DNA from: Amphiscolops sp. MND2022
Taxonomy: Eukaryota
Assembly (NCBI GenBank): GCA_964187785.1
Contig: OZ076415.1
Coordinates: 62,310,001 to 62,374,000, forward strand
Reading direction: 5' to 3'
Length of the DNA stretch: 64,000 nt
The position numbers and the translations under genes were made by a program. Within the stretch, counting starts at the first letter, position 1. Each line of letters begins with the position of its first letter. The notes below the pieces were generated by a model. That model searched no databases, was not told where the DNA came from, and was given only the letters and a program-made list of their open reading frames with translations. Below, piece after piece: positions 37,401 through 49,400 of this stretch.

Positions 37401-40400
37401 TTGAGATTGGTCTGTTGGAAGTAAAATTGGGAAAACACATAAGTGAAGTTAGGGTTTTTCCCAGGACATTAGTCCGCGTGATGGAAATACGCACACAAAA
37501 ACATAAAATTGCTTCGCTCATTCTTTTTATCCGAAGTTGGCATTAACCAATTTTGCATTTCTTTCATTTTTCCTCAAAAATTTTCTCCAAAAAATTTTTC
37601 TAAATTTTAGAAGAGATATATTCCGCGTGAGAAATGACGTAAACGGGAGTGAATGTGTTGTCTTTTCTAATGACAGGTGTGACAATTACAAGCAGTAGCT
37701 ACCCTTGTGGAGGGTGAAGGAACCCCTGGGCTGAGATCTACTAGTACCAGCTAAGAAATATCACAGATATCACTAAATGCACTGCACACACACCCACCCA
37801 CCTTTCCACGGCTGACGTCAAAATGACGTCATTTTTCAAACGTTTTGGAAACATTTTCAACTTACATGGTAAAACCCTGGGTACCCAGCGTCCGACATCT
37901 TGAATATCTTGCCAAGATTTTGCCAAGATCTTCCAAAATCTTGCAAGTTCTGGGAAGATCTTCGGAGAAATCCAAGATAGAATCCAAGATGAAATCCAAG
38001 ATCTTACCAAGAAAATCAAGATGTCAAGACAAAACCTAAGATCTTTCCAAGATATTCAAAAATTCAAGATTTTCCTAAGATCTTGGCAAGATATTCAAGA
38101 TGTCGAACGCTGGGTAATGCCGAAAATTTCAATCGATCTATCGTTTTTTCAATCATAGAACGTATTTTTGTCAGGAAAGAATTTCGCTCGCTTTAAATTA
38201 GCGACACAGAGTGATTTGAACTGACAATTGAGAAACTTTAGGTTGATTGATTAAAACAGGTAAGTTCAACAGCCGATGAAACATGGCCGGGTGTGATCAA
38301 ATCAGTCTTTCGTGCCTGTGTTTCCCGCTCCAGAAGTGCTTTAGCTAAATATATTTCATAACACGTGGCGGCGTTCGAACTTGCGGCTACTAATTATAAT
38401 TAGTACCTGCGAGTTGGATTATAGGTTTGAGTGGAACTCGGTGATTTTCTACATAGAAGCGAAGTTTCTTTAGGTTAGTGTGCTCGATAACTAGAGGAAT
38501 ACATGTATTCATTAGGCTTATAATAACTTAGTTATTAAAAAAATAGACGTTCGATCATGTACTCTCATAATACGTTTAATTAAGATAAAGGAAATTTCTT
38601 TTACCTTCTATACTTCAACTTGAGGCCGAAAGTTGTCCTATTCCCTTTGTTGGGAGTTTCGAAAACGTGTTCTGTTTTGGGTTGTTCGCAACGTTAATTT
38701 TCTCGAAGGTGAGGTGAAGTGCGGCTCTCTCAGATTTTTCCATCAATATAAGTTGAAAGTTTGCCAAAAATTAGGCATTTTTTTAGTACACTGTGAAGGC
38801 GCCTAGAGACGTTTCTCTGATCTGCTATACCAACGTTAGGATTGTGAAATCTACATCAGTATGGATTTTTACATTAGGTTCAACGTTTCTATACTGTGAA
38901 TTGAATTGATTCACACAAACATCAGTTATAGAGTTCTTCGATCGGGAAACCCGCCCAAGAATTGAGGAAAGACAACGCTCCATTTCACCATATCAGGTCC
39001 AAAAAAGTACATAATATGAACTTTCTACTAAAGGAGTGATTACTGTTAATAAGGTAAGTTGTTGTAATTAGTTAATTAGTAAACCACGGGTGACTTAATT
39101 AATTCAGTAATTAATAAGGAGAAATCAAAGTTTGATTGAATGGGTTGGTTTCTCACTCTTTTCATTGGAGCAGAGTTAGGATCAGTTGCTTTAATTCCAT
39201 TGGCTAATCAAGAGTGAAGGAGGGCAACACACTTGACAATTAGTGCTTCGGTGACTGGTAAAGTAGCCGAGCAATATTTTAGCCGAATAAAGGTCCAAAA
39301 ATGACGAAGGACACTAATCTTTAATATTTTGGCAAAGAATTATGGATGAAAACTCCCGCCCAGGAGATAATTATCTACGACAACGAACGAAAAGTTTCTA
39401 GCTTGCGTAGAAGCGTTCTCAATACAGTCGGCTAAAATGTTGGTCGGCTAATTGCACAGTCACCTTGTGCTTCATACTTACTCCCGATTTGGGTGTCTAT
39501 TTCTTCAACACACAAAACACAGTTTAGACACAAAACGAAGGCCGAAAACAAAGCATGATGGCACTAGAAAAACTCAAGGAAAAATATATACGGTTTTTTT
39601 GACAACCGAAAAGACCATTTTCTGAACTAATTTCCAGTAGTTTCTTTTTTGCAGCTTGATGTCTCTTGATTTTGAGACTTATGCAAACAATTGAAACTCT
39701 GGTATATTGATGATGGTTTCTCAATAGCTCCGAAAGGATATTAGGATCTCACCAGAAGACGTTAAATGAAATGCAAACCCAGGTAGTGAGAAATGAGACT
39801 ACCTGAAAAGTCTATTTCTGAAAAGAAAAAAGAGAGAAAGTATTGAGATATGTCACAAACAAGAAATGAACTTCGAAAATGTTCTGGGACAATTCTCATG
39901 GTAGTTATATAATAGTTTTTGAATGGTAGAGATATTCACATTTTTAGTTTTCTATCCTGTACTAAGCCCTGAGGCAACCATGGTATATTCTCCACGACCA
40001 TCGATGGTCAATAAATGGTCGCCAATTCAAATGAATAAAAAAGGTATTTTAGAGATTTCATTGACGGCCACCGAAAGAAAGTTCATGTATCTTCAACTCT
40101 TAGCCGCAGTTGAAGTTGCAGAAATTCTTCTGGCAAAAATTTCACTGTGAACTAATTGAGCAAAAAATGGAGAAGAACGTCCAATACTTGCTCAAAATGT
40201 TCACAAATTGAAGTGAAAATGTTTCGTCAGCTTTCGATATCAGAGCAATTTTTCAAGTTTACACACATTTTTCAAACAAATTGATGAATACGTACACTTG
40301 TAGCTTTACTGTTCTGTTGTTGAATTCCGTCAAATGCTCGGGGAAAATGAAAGTGCACACTTAGAAAGAGTTGACACGTTTTTTGAGCGATGAAAGTTTT

Positions 40401-43400
40401 CCTATCTGGTTGATTGGCTAAAAATGCTAAGTCAAAAAGTGCTAAGTCTTTCAAGTTTGATGTGATGGGTTTCAAGAAAGTACAGGAAAATCTGAGTGAC
40501 GAAAAGAAACCCATTTGGTACAGTCTAAATTTGCAAGGAAGAAAACAAATGAGTTCTACGCGTGGTTAATGCATACGAACTGCTGCTTGCAAGCACTCAC
40601 TCTAACGACTGGGCCAAGTGGCGCGCCGAGCGGCGTGAACAAAGTCTTTTGAAAATCTCAGGTGCATTCTGTGCTCTAGAGGAAAAAATAAAGAACAATT
40701 CAATGAAATTGTTAGGCATATTTTATTTTAAAATGCGCCGATTAAAAAAAACTTAGTTTTAGGGCTTGGGTTTAATCCCCTGAAGAAGTTTTTGCATTTT
40801 CATTTACTAACCTTTTGATTTTTCCAAGACTGGTAAGGACTGGTTCAGGACTTATAAGGATAAGCGTTGCACTTGCAAGGAGTGGTCCAGAAGTTGACAA
40901 ATCCTTACCAGTCCTTGGGAATCTTTGACAGTCCTTGAATTCACAACGTTATCGATACAGGAAACGTAGCATACTTATTGAGGTTTTGCGGAATAAGATA
41001 CGATATTTGACAAAAATGGAGTATCTCTTTGTTTTTGTGAACTCAATTTCATAGAAACTGAATTTAAACATATTAGGCTCATCATTTTTGAGGACAACGT
41101 ATGTCTTGACAGCCATCGAGGAAATCCATGGTTCTTATCGGAAACCAGTTTTATAGGCACGATAACTTCTAGTATCAATAACAACGGAAACTGATAGGGA
41201 TTGTAGAGGTCATCATTGTATACTCATATCCAAGAATCTCTGGCGTATAACAATAATTTCACGCCAGATTAACCATGTCTGGTCATGTATTATGTGATAA
41301 AGCTGCAGTAAATGTCAAACATGAATGGCCATGCATGACAATCATGGTCTTGACAATAAACATCGTCAACAATAAAAACGATAATGAGAAGCTGAGAATG
41401 TGTTTTCCAGTACTGACCTTTCCAGTACTTCTCGGAGGCGACTCCGCTGTCCTGAGCGCTGGCTCCTCCCTTGGAGGTGTTGCTCTGGCGTTGCATCTGG
41501 ACGATGGTGCCGTTGTACTCCTCAGCCAGTTTGATGGCGCCCAGGTAGGAGGGAAACTTGACTGACGAGAGACTGCTCTTGTACCTGGATATGCCACATG
41601 CCTTGATGCAGGTCTCTGGCCCACATGCCTCTCCGTCCTCTATCTTGTCCAGACGCTCTTGCGCACAACTCAACACCTTGGTAGGCGAGCACACTTTGTA
41701 GCTGTTGGGCATCGAATTAATTACTACAACACACAACAACACGATCAACAACAAGAACTTGAGTGTAGGGAGCATAGTGTAGTGGATAAAGCATTGGCTT
41801 TGTAATGGGACGGTATCAGGTTCGAATCCCTCTCTCAAGAAGAAGAAGAAAGTTTATTTCCCCAATTCCGCGGGGTGGACGCCGAATAAGCAGATCTGCT
41901 TTTCCAAGTCGGCGCCCTTTTGGATACTATCTCCCCATAGCAAGCTATGGTACCATGTTTGCAGCCAAGTGGTCAAGTGATGGTGGACTTGAAGCTCTGG
42001 TTTTAACGTGACTTGCTCAAGGTCACAAAGGTCTGACTGTTCACAGTTGCTCTTTTTGTTTTTTTGTTTTGATTTCCTCCACCAAATGTGTGGATTTTTG
42101 TCACTGATCATACCACTAAGCTAGAGATGAAGGACTTGCTTAAGGCCCAACAATGGCGAGTTGAGAGTGATTCGAATCTGGTACCGCCCCAGTACAGGCC
42201 GAATGTTCTAACCACTACACCATGCCCCCCTCAACTCACCATTGTTGGTCCTTACGCAAGTCCTTCATCCCTAGCTTAATGATATGGTCATTGACAAAAA
42301 ATAATGGATTTGGGGGAGAAAGCAAAATAAAAAAGAGCAACGGGGAGCAATCAGACAATTGTGACCTTGAGCAAGTCTTTTTGAAACCACAGCTTCAAGT
42401 CTACCATTTGGCGGCAAATATAGGACCTTGCTATGGAGGAGATCGTATCCGAAAGGGCGCTGACTTAGAAAAGCAGAACTGCCCGGTGTCCACCCCGCGG
42501 AATCGGGGAAAATATCTTTCTTCTGCTGATCATTGGAGCTATCTGATGAGATAATTATCGGCAATCTTTACATTCAGTATATCCCAATTGTCCTTAGAAT
42601 GGGGATAATTTAATCAAACGTTTCTCAGTTTGAGGTAATGCTTTACCCTTGTTGAATCTGCTTGAAGTTTTTGCATGTACTTTAATGTTGTCAGCAACTT
42701 TTATGATTTTCTAAAAATCTTACGGAAAAACTTTCATGCGAAAATATTTCCTTGTTGTAATTAACTTTTCTCAAGCCGCTTGAAAGATTCATCAAAGTTT
42801 TGGCGGCAATTTCAAGCCTCGATGTTTCGCAGGTTTCATTAAGCAGCAGCTATAATTTTATACGCAAATAAGCTGCTATCACTTTTACCGCTAATTTAAT
42901 GCAAAATAACTCCAGTCGCGTAATAAACTGCAAAATAGCGTCATGCTTAGCGTGCTATTTAAGAAGCGGTGATCACATCAGACGAGTAGTTGAGGAAACA
43001 AAGTGTTAATACAAAGTGATCGTATCCGTAATGAAGTAGAAGTTATTTTCAAATTTAATTGCAGTGGCGGAATATGCAGTGTAATTCTACATGATTAACC
43101 ATCTGAAGTTCACTGACTTTTTTAGGTTTTATAAAAATGTACCCTGCATGCAGGCCGGCAGCATGTAAAAAGTTCCTGCAGTTTCAACTAGGGTAGCCAA
43201 TACAAGGTTTTTCTGCGAATAGGAAGTTTTTTGTGACCTCAGTTTTTCTCTTGACGATAAGATCTCTCTAAGCGTTGCAAAATGAATTAGATTCGGAAAA
43301 GTTTTATATGTCTCGAAAAAAACTAACTCGAAATAGAGCAAAAAAATGAGGCCGAGACGTTTGACTTCTTTTTGTAGACTTGACTTCATTTATTAATGCC

Positions 43401-46400
43401 GTAAAAAGTGCCACTTTTAATGATTGACAGCAGAGTTTAAATTTGTTGTGGAGATTGTTGACAAATTCTCGGAACTTTGAGAGCTCAAAACATTTTATGT
43501 GTTCCCTTTTTGCGGGCCACTTAGTAGTAGCTAGAATTTACTGCAAAAGCTAGGTTCCTACAATTCATTACGTCATCACTGATGTACGCACTTGGCATGA
43601 AAGGCATCCGACACTCGCACTCGTCAACGATGTGTTGGGTCTCGCACTCAATTCTGCAGGCAGGATCGCTGTACTTGGAGAAGTTTTTGGTGTTGCCTGC
43701 GGCCTGGGGGTCCTTGCACTTGCCCCACGGCTCCCCCAAGTAGTTGACCTCTTCCTTCTGCAGCACCACGAATGCCTGCAATCCAGGGGCCAGCCCAATG
43801 CCCAGTTGGTGCACCAGAGGGGGCACGTCCGGGTCATGCACCTCTATTTTGAAGCCCGTCTCCAACGAAGAGTCTGTTCAACACACACACTCACATACGC
43901 AAGTCTCTTCTACCAATTTACTGCAAAAAACAGACTAAACTTTTTTTTTGCTTGGCCGGTCGTTCAAATGGATTTCTATTTACATACAGCTTCCTCAGTG
44001 TGATAATTTGCTATGTTTTGAATTAACATTTTTGGACTATCAGCTTTTTAGCACCATATTTAAAACAGAATTTTGGTTGACACCGTTAATTAGCGATTTA
44101 GCGAATTAGCGGCGACGCAGGAACATTTCAGCGATTTCATTAGCGATTGAAATTAGTAGTAACTGATAGAATGCCTAAATTCAAAATTACCTCAGAGTAG
44201 CGCGGAATTTTCAAAAAGTTCCAACTCTTACTGATGTAAAACCCTCACAGTATGAAGAATTTCGGTCTTTTTTCTTGCAAAAACTATATTTAGTCAAACC
44301 TTCAACATTTAGAAGAAAAACGTTTTCAGCGAAATAGCAATTTTTAAATTAGCGGTTTAGCGATTAGCTAAAAAATTACCGATGTCAAAACCCTGATTTA
44401 AAGTTAATTTCCTAAATTAGCAGTTTCAAAAGTTACTCTTTAACAATAAATTTCCAACAGCTTCGACAAAATCTAGGAAAAACACATTTGAGGAGAATGG
44501 CTGCTTGAGACAATGGACTGACCGAAGTCTTCGATCTTGGGTGGCAGGTAGTCGTTCTCCTGGGTGATGAGGAGCATTTTGAGCCCGTTTCCGGCACCCC
44601 CCTTGTAGACTCGCTTGAAGTCGTATTGCTGCTTCTCGGGGTCCCAGGTCTTGTTCACGTTGTACTGGTAGCACAGACCCATCTCCGTCAGAATCTAACA
44701 AAACATAAATCCTCAAAAAATTGTGAAAATTGCATCAAAAAGTGGTCAAATAGGTTTTATTCAAGATGTGATTCGTTCGACAAGTTACTACTATATTTTG
44801 AAATATCGAGAAAATATATTTTTAACTACCAGGATCCTTTCCGCTCTCAAAAATTCTACGAAAATTATGTGTTAGAATGTTTTCATATTTTTCATATTTT
44901 TTTGATATTGTTTTCGATTTTAAAAATGCAGTGGCGCCAAATCAACAACAAATGGGAGTAAAAAGCGGGTGTTTGCCAAGGGGAGTAGATTGTGGGTCAG
45001 AAAAGAACCCATTTTCGTTTCAAAAGTGTTCATCAAAACATGAGAAAGCTCTAATTATCATTTCACGTTGCTCGGTCGATAGGTACATGTTATCTTCTGA
45101 TCATGTCACGTGTGATCACCGTGAATTACGTCGGCGGCTTTATTGACTTTTTATCCCTAAGATCCTCCCCTTTCCATGGCATAGCGTGTAAACAAAGCCA
45201 CAGTATACTTGGGAAAAGTGCAATGCCAGCCTCGCGGGGCGTTTCTCTCAAATTTGAGTGCTGCAATTTCTCCTGCTTTGCTTTGTTGTCTCACAAATAG
45301 AAGAAGCCTATGGCTCTTTCAAACAAAATATATGTTCTTTCATTTTATTCACTCGCTTTTTGCTCCCATTTGTTGTTGATTTGGCGCCACTAAACACCTG
45401 TAGTGTCATTGTTAGAAGGCATATCAGTGCATTGATCCTCGGGATACTTTTCCAATTTGATCACATGACTACAAATTATGATTTTTTTTCAACAAAAAGC
45501 CATCAATAAATGAATTTTGCCACCGCAATGTCTGAAAGTTCTCATTTTCAACAAAAAAATCAATCAAAAACTAAAAAATATGATGTTGAAAGATGAAAAA
45601 TGCTCGTAAGAATTTGCCGAATGAATTTAATTCAATAATTCAATCCTCGAAGCGTATGTTTTGTCTGCTTCAAATTAGTTACGTCATTACAGAATCTGCC
45701 AATTTTTGACTTTTTTAAAAGCTTTGGTTCTTCATCAGCCTCGAAATAGTTGAGGACGCTTCCTCTTGAAATGGAAATCATAACTTACGGATCAAGGGTC
45801 CCCTCTGAGGGCAACATGAAGTTAAAAACAAGCCAGAAACGGCCCAAGTCGGCGCCATATCTAAGGCTCAATAATAGCAAAAGGACTTCAAAGTGTGAAG
45901 TATTCTTTTACAGTACCCAAAAGAAATTCTGTCGCGAAACATCAAAAAAATTGAAGGGGAGACCCTATGAAATCATTAAAAACTTTTTGAAAGAAAGTCT
46001 CACAATGCCTGAAAAAACTGGAAGGGGGACCGACCCTTTAGTCTCGCCCAGTATTGTATGTTGCGCCGAAAAAAAGAACAACTCTTTTGGTTAAGCTCCT
46101 TGGGCCAAATGGTCCAATTGACACCTTAAAGTATCGTAGAACTTTTAAGATCTGTTCTGGTCAGTTCGTGTGGAGTAGAAAAAAGCCACTAGTATAGTCG
46201 CGTTTCACTTCATGAAGCGCCGACTAACAAGTAACATGAGGCGTAGTGGCACTGCCTTATTTTCCATATACTGTTACAAACCTGTTCACTGTTCGAAATG
46301 ATAACTTCTGTTCCCATGGAATTAACTTTTTCATCCAAACCGCAATAAATGGACAGAAACTATTAACTCGAAAGGCATGACTTCATAGCCGAAAATGGCG

Positions 46401-49400
46401 CTATGCTTAGGTTACCGAAAAAACGCGTCATTTTTTAGTCTCAGGCTCCTAATGTTTTCAAGAAGCAACTAACAATTTTCTCAATCATCTGAATTAGATC
46501 TGCTATTTTTTAAACCAATGTCAAAAACAGGAAAATCGGTTTTAACCAAAACCGATGCTTTGAGTCTTCTCAGGATTTACTAATTGGTTTACTGATCTTT
46601 GGATCTTGTTAGAGCTTTCAGGATGAAATCTGTCACAATTCTTTTCACATGATCCTTGTGAAATGTGCTCTAAGACGAAGTATGAAATTGGAAATTCCAT
46701 ATGACGATTACAAGGGCTTATAAGTTAATATCTCCTTAACAGGGCGCTTCAAATCCACTTGCAGATTTTCAGCCAATAAAGCCTTTAAATCACGCTGACA
46801 TAAAAACGCTCCAATTTCCACGTGTTGTTTATTGCACCTACAACTTCCGTTTGAATTTGTTTCTAAATTGCCCCTAAGCAGTGACAAATATTTATAAATT
46901 TTGTTTGAAACTTGGATCTGTATTTCAAACAATTCAAATCGCGTCTGCTCCAATTACCTTGCAGTCAAAAAAGTTTAAATTCGAGTGACCCGGTTTGACC
47001 CAATTTGAGACGGAACTCTGGGAAAACATGATTTTAGACCCTGGGGTTGAACAACAGTTTGTTCACGAGAGAGAGAAAGGTTGAAAAGCATTATTTGATT
47101 TGGGAGCTGAGACGGAAATTGAATTGGGCTCTGAGTTAGAAAATTGGGCAAAATTGCGAGAAATGGCGCGGGTTGTCAAACGCACCTTCGAGGAATAGCT
47201 ATTAACAAATCTGATTTAGACGTCACATGAAGTGGTTCTGATTTATGCCAAAATTCCCATTCTCTCACAGCGTGTATCCAGGGCATCGCTTTTTATAATA
47301 ACAAGTGCAGTTAACGAGATGATTAAGTGCCACTTGGGGTAAAACAATTTACATTAGGTCTCCATTTGGGTTTTCATCATGAATTGAACCGAATCTGTTA
47401 CCTTAATTGTCAATTCTATGTCTTCAGGATCCGTTTGATATCTCTGATCTCTGATTTGTAGTAAGGGTTCGCTTTTTCTATTTATGCATGATTCGTTAAA
47501 CAAACTACAAAACCGAATAGTTGAAGTCAGTGTAATTTCGGTTTCGAAAACATTTGAAGCTTATCATTCCTTTGAATATACATTTTACAAAATAGTCTGA
47601 CAAGCAAAAATGTCTCAATTTTGAGCCAGAAGTACAATGATGGCAGCTGTCGTTCAGACTTGAACAAAAAGTACAAAAAACTACTCATTTCAAACAATTC
47701 AAAACTTTTTGAACTTGTGAAACTTTTAAAGAAAAATATTTGAAATCAGTTACAAAATTTTGCGGTAAAATAACGTTAGTGAACAAATTATAGTTCAAAT
47801 GCACCAATTTTTGCAGTAGTTCCTTGTCAAAACTTCCTAATCAAAAATTTCTACGCCGAAATGCATACATTTTGTACGTTCTTTTTCCAAGTAGGCTTGA
47901 TAAAATAACCTTTTCGAGATATAACGAAAGTGTTTGTTTAATCGTTATATCTTTAATCGAATATCTTTAATCGTTATATCTGGAATAGGTTATTTACATC
48001 AAGCATACTTGGAAAACGAACGACCGAATTTCTTCGATTTTGGCATAAAAATTTTCGATTATGAAGTTTTGACAAGAAACCACTGCACAAAAACTGGCGC
48101 GCACACCATTTGAATTAGAATTTGTTCGGAAACGTGATTTTACTGTAACGGTGTCCGGACATTACGCCCAAGGACATTACGCCCAAGGACATTACGCCCA
48201 AGGACATTACGCCCAAGGACATTACGCCCAAGGACATTACGCCCAAAGACATTACGCCCAAGGACATTACGCCCAAGGACAATACGCCCAAAGCGGACAT
48301 TACGCCCAAATGTAAATTACGCACAAGGAAATTACGATAATGTAATCAGCTATGCACACATACCCCTAGTGCCCTAAATGCAGGAGCGAAGCGAAGCGGA
48401 GCGACGTGCCATTTGGCCATGCCTCAATGTTGCTACTTGGCAAAGGGAGCGAAGCGACCGAGCCATACAACAAATATATAAACCTCTTCAAATAATAACC
48501 TGAAAATAATCGCTGCTATTCGCTTTGAATAGCTTAATTTCCTTGGGCGTAATTTCCGTTTGGGCGTAATTTCCTTGGGCGTAATGTCCTTGGGCGTAAT
48601 GTCCTTGGGCGTAATGTCCTTGAGCGTAATGTCTTTGGGCGTATTGTCCTAGAACCACCGTAACATTTTGTAACTGATTTCAATTATTTTTTTTTGACAA
48701 CACATGAAAATATTAATACAGCCCTTTCCATGGAAGTACAACATTTTCTCACAAACCTCAACGACCATGCTTATCGAAGGAAATGAAAAAATCGTCGCCA
48801 AAATTTTTTTTATCGAAAACTTTCGCCTTATCAGAAAATCTTGGTCTCCGTCGTCAGAAGTCTTAATGTATATTCAAAATTACAGCGCCTAACAAATCAT
48901 GCCAATTCATTTATTTGAGCACCTACCTAATTATTGAACTGAGATCGTAAGAACATGCTTCAGGTGAGAACCCCATTAACACCAGCATTGAGAACGAAAA
49001 CGAAATTGCACTGAGCTAACTCCAAAAGACGCCAACCGAGCAACGGGAGCTCCTCCTCGTTGAATTTGTTTCATCAACATTGTACAAAGACTATTCAAAA
49101 CTAGCACAGAAAGCTCAAACATCAAGAACACTACACGTTGTTCGAAAACGTGATTATACTTGTTCTTGCTGAGCCTCTCACCTTTCTGATAAACGCGTTT
49201 CTAGAAGGAGGCCTGTTCCCCAATCCTTTGGAACAAGCCTATGTCATACCAATCTTCAAAAAGAGAGACTGCGAGGGACCAGGTAACTAAAGCCCCACCA
49301 ATCTCGATAACTCCAGCTCTTTCGAAAATTTGCATGAAATTATAAAAGACCAAATGATTACCTATTTGATTAGAAATAATGTACTGAGCCCTTCTCAGTT

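Noticed and set aside
41768-41838. tRNA gene, and the apparent signal peptide at the start of ORF 41290-41838
   Set aside because: SINE head and intron sequence; the real exon starts at 41723.
48115-48324. (LGVMS)n repeat protein
   Set aside because: Reading frame of the 15-bp foldback arm.
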